Assembly: GCA_027493775.1 (NCBI GenBank)
Contig: JAOSKE010000001.1
Location: forward strand, 741,651 to 805,650
Origin: Kiritimatiellia bacterium
Lineage (GTDB): Bacteria > Verrucomicrobiota > Kiritimatiellia > CAIVKH01
Direction of reading: 5' to 3'
Length of the DNA: 64,000 bases
Shown: positions 58,120 through 64,000 of the stretch, in pieces
Layout of the letters: each line of letters opens with the position of its first letter
Numbering within the stretch: the first letter of the stretch is position 1
Position numbers and translations under genes: made by a program
The notes under the pieces: model-generated
The model's database searches: none
What the model was told of the DNA's origin: nothing
Seen by the model: the letters and a program-made list of their open reading frames with translations, nothing else

Positions 58120-59475
58120 GGGCCCTATTCCCTGAAAAAAGCATCGTTGGGTCGTTTGCGCAAAACCGATCCCCCCCCTTTTATGAAGGACATGGGTTCT
58201 GCTGTCCAAGATCGAGTTCCCAGAACTCAGCTTGAACGAAAGGGGGCGGAAACGGCGGTGTTTCATAGGGACGCTCGATCCAGACCCACAAGTCCCGGTA
58301 GGTGAAAAGGTTCAGCCGCAGCAGCGCCACGAGGTTGGAGAGGTGCCAGCCGCATTTGGATTTGAACTGCAGGTACTTGATCAGGAGTATGGCGATCAAT
58401 GCTGTCCAAATCTGGATATGCACCGCGTTGGCGGAGGTGCCGACGAAGGTCTTGATGCGGAGATTCTGCTTGAGGTCCTTGAAGAACAGTTCGATCTGCC
58501 AGCGGGCTTTGTAGATCTGGGCGATGGTGGATGCGGCCAGATGCAGATTGTTGGTGAGAATCACCAGTTCCTCCTGTTTGTCTTCCCGCCAGACCGTGAT
58601 CCGGCGGTACTGCCTTTTGATCCGCCGTCCAGCCTGAAAGACGTGAAACTCCCCGATCTCATCGGCGCGGACGGGTGAGTCGGCAGGCACCTCGCGCGAC
58701 TCGGTGCGATACCAGTCGGCGTGCTTCTTCATCCGTGTCACGAAGAACACGCCCTCGGCGCTCCAGCGCTCAAAAAGGTGGTAATCCACATAGGCGCGGT
58801 CCATGACCACGATACTGCCCTTGGGCAACGGTAAACCCCGAGCAGTCTTTAACTCGTGCTCACGACCCTCGGTGATATGCGCAAAGACCGGAAGACAGCC
58901 GTCATGGTCCAAAAGAAGGTGCATCTTTACCGCCCCTTTGGTCTGGCGGTATTTCGCCCAGTCGAATGCGGAAGCACACAGGTCAATCACCGTGGCATCG
59001 AGGCTCATCAGTTTGTTTTTGAAGCGGAATGGCTTGCCTGGGGCGACCGCCCGACAGGTTCCAAGCAGATCGTAGAAGAGCCGTTGAAAAAGCTGCCAGG
59101 GGCGATGTTGGTTCGCGTAGGCCAGCGTCGAGCGCGCCGGACCGACACTCATCCCCAGATGGGATAGTCGGCCTTCACAACATTGCAGACCCTGCGTGAT
59201 CTCCCGGAGACTGCGACTGTTGGTGAGCTGGCAGAAGAGCATGGCCACAAACTGATCCCAGCAACTGAAGCCCTTCGATCGGTACTCGGCATTCACCTCG
59301 CGCACGTGGTGCGAAAAGTCATTCCGGTTGAAAAGGGAAAGCAGTTGGCTGAACAGACTGGCCTTGTGTGCGCTCATCTTGCGGGGTCTCCTGGTCGGGC
59401 TTGTTGGATATTTTCACCTTCAGCCTACCTCCAGACCCCGTTTCTAAAAACTTGTTTTGGACACTACTGTCTCAA
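58120..59475 (-). mobile_element. IS4-family insertion sequence (boundaries approximate).
   Basis: Contains the transposase 58181..59377. The 5' flank sequence is shared with the truncated copy at 52125-52345. Confidence 0.55.
58181..59377 (-). CDS. IS4-family DDE transposase (398 aa).
   Basis: …VVMDRAYVDYHLFERW…, …LVILTNNLHLAASTIAQIYKARWQIELFFKDLKQNL… matches the IS4 YREK signature. Confidence 0.85.
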   Translation of the reverse strand: MSAHKASLFSQLLSLFNRNDFSHHVREVNAEYRSKGFSCWDQFVAMLFCQLTNSRSLREITQGLQCCEGRLSHLGMSVGPARSTLAYANQHRPWQLFQRLFYDLLGTCRAVAPGKPFRFKNKLMSLDATVIDLCASAFDWAKYRQTKGAVKMHLLLDHDGCLPVFAHITEGREHELKTARGLPLPKGSIVVMDRAYVDYHLFERWSAEGVFFVTRMKKHADWYRTESREVPADSPVRADEIGEFHVFQAGRRIKRQYRRITVWREDKQEELVILTNNLHLAASTIAQIYKARWQIELFFKDLKQNLRIKTFVGTSANAVHIQIWTALIAILLIKYLQFKSKCGWHLSNLVALLRLNLFTYRDLWVWIERPYETPPFPPPFVQAEFWELDLGQQNPCPS

Positions 59476-59656
59476 CATGACGGGCCACTATGGCCGCGCC
59501 TTCAATTGCTTGATGGGCATTTTAATCACGCTTCGGCGTGAATGCCGCATCTACGGGCTCTAACCGCCTTTCATGCTATCTGACCCCTTTAGTCTCTGAC
59601 CCCTTTAGTCTCCGGGAGAAACGGGATACAAGAACCGATCCCATTCGTCCGGCACG

Positions 59657-60298
59657 CTAAAACGAGGATTCATTACGTCTCGCTTCGATCTCCGTAATCA
59701 TGCCATTTACAAGCCGCCGAATATCACCGCTTTCGTCGTATTTGATATTTTCAAGATATTGACTGCGACTTTCAGAATTGGTGCCCACAAAGTAGAGCGC
59801 GACGCCCAAACAGGCTTTAATGCGACCATCGCTATTTCTATATCGTTCTTCCAACTCAGCGATATTATTCGTGGGCCGGGTTAGCGCTAACGCAATAGAG
59901 AGTTCACGCTGTACCTGCCAATATTCTTCCGTTTGGACAAGCGCCAATAGGTCTGGCTCTACCGTTCCGTCTCGGAACCTACCCAGTGATTGCACGGCGA
60001 AAAAACGAATGCGCCAAGAAGGGTTCGCCAGTTGCGATACTAAAATCGGAACTGCATCCGCCTCTGTGCGCCGCCCCAAATACTGCATCGCCATGATCGA
60101 GACCGTCTCATTTGTATCGCGAACGAGATCAACAATATCGTCAGTGTGGATGATGGAGGAATGTAAATTTGTGAGAACCGAAATATCATCAGTCATCAAT
60201 AGTTCACGTAATTCATCTTTAGATATACGCTTAGAACAAGCCGTGCCTATAAATATCGCGCAAATTACTGCGCCGAGAAGCATTCCTTTTTGATTCAT
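59657..60298 (-). CDS. HEAT-repeat lipoprotein. Possible immunity or accessory protein of the CT5 module.
   Basis: Lipobox MNQKGMLLGAVICAIFIGTAC|S. PBS-lyase/HEAT-like repeats (…DAVPILVSQLANPSWRIRFFAVQSLGRFRDG…). AT-rich. Confidence 0.45.
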   Translation of the reverse strand: MNQKGMLLGAVICAIFIGTACSKRISKDELRELLMTDDISVLTNLHSSIIHTDDIVDLVRDTNETVSIMAMQYLGRRTEADAVPILVSQLANPSWRIRFFAVQSLGRFRDGTVEPDLLALVQTEEYWQVQRELSIALALTRPTNNIAELEERYRNSDGRIKACLGVALYFVGTNSESRSQYLENIKYDESGDIRRLVNGMITEIEARRNESSF

Positions 60299-60571
60299 CT
60301 ATCGGGTACGCCTTCTTGGCAGGTCTCTATATGGATTTCCCGGTGGAGGCCTATTGCCGAAATCAACACCCGAATCAAGCTCCTCAAACATATCGTAACT
60401 AATTGCATTATCGTTTAATAGCTCTACGTATGTCTCTGTAAATGTCGTAATCCCTTCAGTTACGGCGATTGGGCCACTCGGTGATGGATTAATCCAGAAC
60501 AGATTGACCGCGTCTGCACCAGTTGGCATAACCAATGCTGTTGGTTGGCGCGTGGCTTCATTGCTACTCAT
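60299..60571 (-). CDS. Hypothetical small protein (90 aa).
   Basis: ORF only, between the membrane protein and the lipoprotein, in the same orientation with start/stop overlaps. Confidence 0.3.
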   Translation of the reverse strand: MSSNEATRQPTALVMPTGADAVNLFWINPSPSGPIAVTEGITTFTETYVELLNDNAISYDMFEELDSGVDFGNRPPPGNPYRDLPRRRTR

Positions 60572-60789
60572 AAAGCACGATCACCGCTTACCTTGTTCTT
60601 GGTCGTGACCAACGTATTTATCAAAGCGACAATATCTTGTTGCAGACTTAGCCTAATGAATTGACACGCGCAGACCTGAAGACCAGCAGCAGACAAGATC
60701 ATAAAGACAAACCCCTCCACCACATTATGCCCGCTAACACTCACAACAAGAGCGGCCAAGAACATAAAACTAAATATAATCGCAGCCAA
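60568..60789 (-). CDS. Small two-TM membrane protein. Immunity candidate for the glycine-zipper CT5 toxin.
   Basis: 73 aa, MAAIIFSFMFLAALVVSVSG … FVFMILSAAGLQVCACQFI. It is the first gene downstream of the Rhs fragment. Confidence 0.35.
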   Translation of the reverse strand: MAAIIFSFMFLAALVVSVSGHNVVEGFVFMILSAAGLQVCACQFIRLSLQQDIVALINTLVTTKNKVSGDRAL

Positions 60790-60836
60790 TGTGGCGGTGA
60801 TATATTTTTTCTAATCGCTCTATTATCTATCATTAA

Positions 60837-63230
60837 TCACTTGAGGCGAGGAGTTGATGTTACCAAGGGATATGGCTCGAAGTTGATTAAATCATTTACT
60901 TCAATCAAATGATCCGCAACTGGTCCGTCACGCCAGTTGTCTACGACATCATCGATCTGATCAGGAACAGTTAACAGCTCCCAGATACCAAATATGACGA
61001 GTACAGCACCACCACCGATTACCAAAGGAAGACTTCCGATGGCCGCACCGCCACCAGCTACAATGCCTCCAAGCGCAGAAACAATTCCCTGCCATAGCAG
61101 CCCATTGGGATCAATATAGTTAATTGGATCCCCGTGGCAATAGAGGTACAGGTTGGCTTGGCCTCCTTCAAACAAGATAGGGTCTTTGGCCAGCCACCTC
61201 CCAGTCATCGGAGCATAATCGCGGTATCCGAACCGCGTCAGACCCGTGTCTGGGTCGTATAAACCTCCCGCAAACCCGAACGGCTGGAATCCCGGATTGG
61301 TGTCCTGCAACACGTTCCCCCATTCGTCGTAGTCCATCTGCTGCGCAACCGCGCCGGTCTGGGCATCCACAACCAGCCGCACGCTGCCAAGATGATCTGT
61401 AATGATCCGATATGTCGTTCCAGAACGCACCATATAATCCGGTACATTCACTCGCGTAGCGTACACGAACCGGGACTTCACGCTTCCATCCGCATTCAAC
61501 TCCGCAATCGGCTTCAGGAAGTCCTGATAGACCAGCCGTTGCACGGTCGTGCCATTCACACTCTTGGCGATGCGCCGCCCCAGAGGGTCAACACTGTACC
61601 GAATCACAGAAACCGTGGAGCTGACGGCAAGCAGGCTGCCCCGAGCGTCATAGCGGTATGCGGTTCCGACTCCGCCAACGCTCTTGTTCGTCAGCGTGCC
61701 ACGGTCGTCATACTGATATGTCGTCGCCCCGTAGCCCAACAGGCGATCCTGCGCGTCGTAGTGGCCCACAAGCGACGACCCGCTCAGTATGGCATTTGTG
61801 CGATTCCCATTTGCGTCGTATTGATATTTCGCGCGCAGCGAACCATTGGTATGCACCTCAATCAGCCGCCCCGCCGCATCATAGGAATAGATGTATAGGT
61901 TCGTCTGATTCTGAATGCGCTCCACCCGGCTGGTCATCCGCCACATTGCATCGTACCCATAATCGAATGACAGCAGATTGGTTCCGCCAAAATCACTGGC
62001 GGATGCCTGTAGCTCCCCAAACTTGCTAATTTGTCGCATATCGCTCACTTCGCCCAGCACCGTGTTCGTCACAAACCCACTTGCCGCATCCCGATTCAGC
62101 CGCAATTGACCGGCATTGGTCAACAATAAATCAAAATCATAGCCGTATCCAATGCCATCACCATTGAGCGTAATCCGGCTCAAGCGGAGGTCCGGACTCC
62201 ATGTATAGCCTACCCGTCCCGTGACAGAGCCACCCCAGGTCACATTTGTCAGCAGGCTGCCATCCCAGCCTAAAGCCAGAGAGGGCCCGCTTGTGGCAAC
62301 GATGGAAATCGGGTGCCCGTTTGCGTAGGCGACCGCAATCCGGTTCTCCGGCCACCGGACCTGACTCACCTGCCCCGCTGCATTGTACTGGTTGGTGATG
62401 GTCGCCCCGCCCGGCAGCCGTATGCTCGTCACCTGGCGGCGCGCATTCCACGTGAGGAGAAGATTCGTGTCCACCCCAGCCCAGCAGGGTGCCGAATAGC
62501 GACCCAGAAGACCAACGTTGTTGTAGTCCATCTGATGTTCAGCCTTATCGGGCGGCGTCACCCCGCTCAGATTGGAGGACTTGTCGTACCGCAGTCCGAT
62601 GGTCTTCGCATCCGGTTGCAGCAGATTCGTGACCCGACCGGCGGGATCGGAATCCAGCCGGTACGACTGCAGCAAACTGTTGGTGAGCGCGCCCCAAAAT
62701 CCATTCGTTGTATAACCGAATCCAAAAGCACGACGCACACCTCCAGTGCCGATCGCGAACTGCTGCAACCGACCGTGAACATCATATGCAACATCGATGG
62801 GATACAACCCCGGTAGCTCTATCCGCTCCGCGCGCCCGTTTGCATTATAGATTACCCTGCGGGTTCTGCCCTCGGGACTCGTCAGCGACGCCATTCGATT
62901 CGACGCCTGATACGACGCTACATACGCTGGTCGGTCATTAATGCTGAAGACATTCGTGAAGGAAACGAGGCTTAACACGTCACCGGGATCCGACAACGAG
63001 GCGGCTCGGGATCTATTGGGGTCGAGTCTAGACATTTTATATTTAGCGCCTTCTCGCAATACAGATAAACGCATATTCGGGACGAATAGGTAGCTTAGGG
63101 GGTTGTTCGAGCAAGTTGTCACTGGGTTTGGTGACGAGAATAAGGCGATGGACTCAGAGTAGGAGTCGAAGCCACAGCAAGAAAGCTCATTCTGTTGCAA
63201 CATGTCTAGCTTCCCACGATCTTGCGCCAT
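60837..63230 (-). CDS. Rhs fragment (about 700 aa of YD repeats and core) with a glycine-zipper, membrane-type CT5 toxin domain. The ORF initiates inside the REP-like element and reads across its terminus.
   Basis: The N-terminal roughly 60 aa (MAQDRGKLDMLQQNELSCCGFDS…[12 protein letters not shown]) are encoded by element 63017-63393; MSRLDP is the translated palindrome AATGTCTAGACTCGACCCC. The Rhs body is about 97% identical to 55852..57862. The C-terminus …[71 protein letters not shown]… is a GxxxG-rich hydrophobic tip. Confidence 0.7.
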   Translation of the reverse strand: MAQDRGKLDMLQQNELSCCGFDSYSESIALFSSPNPVTTCSNNPLSYLFVPNMRLSVLREGAKYKMSRLDPNRSRAASLSDPGDVLSLVSFTNVFSINDRPAYVASYQASNRMASLTSPEGRTRRVIYNANGRAERIELPGLYPIDVAYDVHGRLQQFAIGTGGVRRAFGFGYTTNGFWGALTNSLLQSYRLDSDPAGRVTNLLQPDAKTIGLRYDKSSNLSGVTPPDKAEHQMDYNNVGLLGRYSAPCWAGVDTNLLLTWNARRQVTSIRLPGGATITNQYNAAGQVSQVRWPENRIAVAYANGHPISIVATSGPSLALGWDGSLLTNVTWGGSVTGRVGYTWSPDLRLSRITLNGDGIGYGYDFDLLLTNAGQLRLNRDAASGFVTNTVLGEVSDMRQISKFGELQASASDFGGTNLLSFDYGYDAMWRMTSRVERIQNQTNLYIYSYDAAGRLIEVHTNGSLRAKYQYDANGNRTNAILSGSSLVGHYDAQDRLLGYGATTYQYDDRGTLTNKSVGGVGTAYRYDARGSLLAVSSTVSVIRYSVDPLGRRIAKSVNGTTVQRLVYQDFLKPIAELNADGSVKSRFVYATRVNVPDYMVRSGTTYRIITDHLGSVRLVVDAQTGAVAQQMDYDEWGNVLQDTNPGFQPFGFAGGLYDPDTGLTRFGYRDYAPMTGRWLAKDPILFEGGQANLYLYCHGDPINYIDPNGLLWQGIVSALGGIVAGGGAAIGSLPLVIGGGAVLVIFGIWELLTVPDQIDDVVDNWRDGPVADHLIEVNDLINFEPYPLVTSTPRLK

Positions 63231-63393
63231 AATTCAGCCCGCAAACAAAACACGCGGTTAATCATCAGCCCTCCGCCGCTCGCTGTCAACACAGACCTAA
63301 ACCACCGATAACAAGAATTCATCCCCATTCCCCCGTTTTGATTTTTGGACGTGAGAGCACAGGCGCAAATGTCGAATGTCTAGACGTGACCCC
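63017..63393. repeat. REP/BIME-like element, copy 4, directly adjacent to the RAYT gene.
   Basis: Termini GGGGTCGAGTCTAGACATT (63017-63035) and AATGTCTAGACGTGACCCC (63375-63393). The interior is conserved with copies 1 and 2. Confidence 0.55.
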
Positions 63394-63462
63394 ATCTGCT
63401 CTGAAAACAAGATCGGCATGAGCAGACCATTGAGAATCGACATTGAAGGTGGGTGGATCATG

Positions 63463-64000
63463 TGACGTCGCGCGGTCACAATCGCGAGGCCATCTATCGA
63501 GACACAAAGGATCGAGCGCATTTCCTCGATCTGCTGGAACAGCTGAGCGAGCAGCATCGCATAGAGATTCATGCGTACGTGTTGATGACGAACCATTATC
63601 ATCTTTTAGTGCGTAGCCCTGAAGCCAACCTGAGCCGGGCGCTTCAATGGCTGAATGTCAGCTACAGCATCTGGTGGAATCGTCGCCACGGGCGGTGTGG
63701 CAGTGTGTTCCAGGGCCGATTCAAGGCGGCGCTTGTTGAGGGCGGGGCTTGGCTTCTGTCGCTGAGTCAGTATATCCATTACAATCCCGTGGCCGTGAAG
63801 GGATTGGGCTTGAGTAAGCAGGGCAAGGCGCTTGAGGGACGCGGCTGGGCGACGCCGACGGCGGAAATGGTCGCGATGAGATTGAAGGGATTACGAGAAT
63901 ATCGCTGGAGTTCCTATCCGGCGTATGTCGGCTATGCAAAGCCGCCAGCGTGGTTGAATACCAAAGAAGTGCTGGCCCGAGTGAAGGGCGGAAGGCGGGG
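63463..64000 (+). CDS. Y1 HuH transposase of the REP-associated type (RAYT / TnpA_REP, IS200-like superfamily). Partial: runs off the window end.
   Basis: GTG start. …IEIHAYVLMTNHYHLLVRSPEANLSRALQWLNVSYSIWWNRRHGRCGSVFQGRFKAALVEGGAWLLSLSQYIHYNPVAVKGL…YRWSSYPAYVGY… shows the HuH motif (HYH), the GxxWQGRFK block and the YIHxNPV block characteristic of RAYTs such as E. coli YafM. No stop before 64000. Confidence 0.7.

Overview
This is a high-GC bacterial chromosome segment. PEP-CTERM, ArnT-like and GtrA genes suggest a Gram-negative, exosortase-bearing lineage, possibly a PVC-type phylum, but that is a guess. Positions 1 to about 24.9 kb are core-like genes, mostly on the minus strand: a cell-wall amidase, UspA, an ECF sigma / anti-sigma / secreted-protein operon, a Tat-exported metallophosphoesterase, a tandemly duplicated VanZ-like membrane protein, MalQ, FeoAB, a TPR/polytopic membrane protein plus GtrA, a large GreA-domain protein, RluA-family pseudouridine synthase, IF-1, ICMT-like methyltransferase, an ArnT-like glycosyltransferase, an outer-membrane beta-barrel protein, NikR and TerC. 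From about 24.9 kb to the end is an accessory, IS-riddled island. It holds an internally deleted IS4-family derivative, a PEP-CTERM protein, two tandem copies of an IS5/IS1182-family IS carrying a small AbrB-like passenger ORF, a 1143-aa secreted TSP3/lamin-tail/caspase-fold protein, and a 2042-aa LamG/TSP3 giant protein whose 5' end is broken by an ISL3 insertion. Behind the giant protein, apparently co-transcribed, sit a small secreted protein and a Sec-signal Rhs/WapA-like polymorphic toxin with a membrane immunity gene. Two arrays of orphan Rhs C-terminal-toxin / immunity cassettes follow, with at least five distinct toxin tips. The immunity candidates include a CPBP/Abi protease, a HEAT-repeat lipoprotein and small membrane proteins. 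The cassettes are punctuated by a family of about 190 to 425 bp non-coding elements bounded by 19-bp palindromic termini GGGGTCRAGTCTAGACATT. At the window end a partial Y1 HuH transposase gene of the REP-associated (RAYT) type lies next to one of these elements, and a fragment of the same gene is embedded in another copy. The IS5/IS1182 element has inserted twice into the centre of this palindrome. At least ten genes carry single-base frameshifts, and essentially all of them fall in C/G homopolymers, with one A/T-9 run. That is probably a sequencing artefact.
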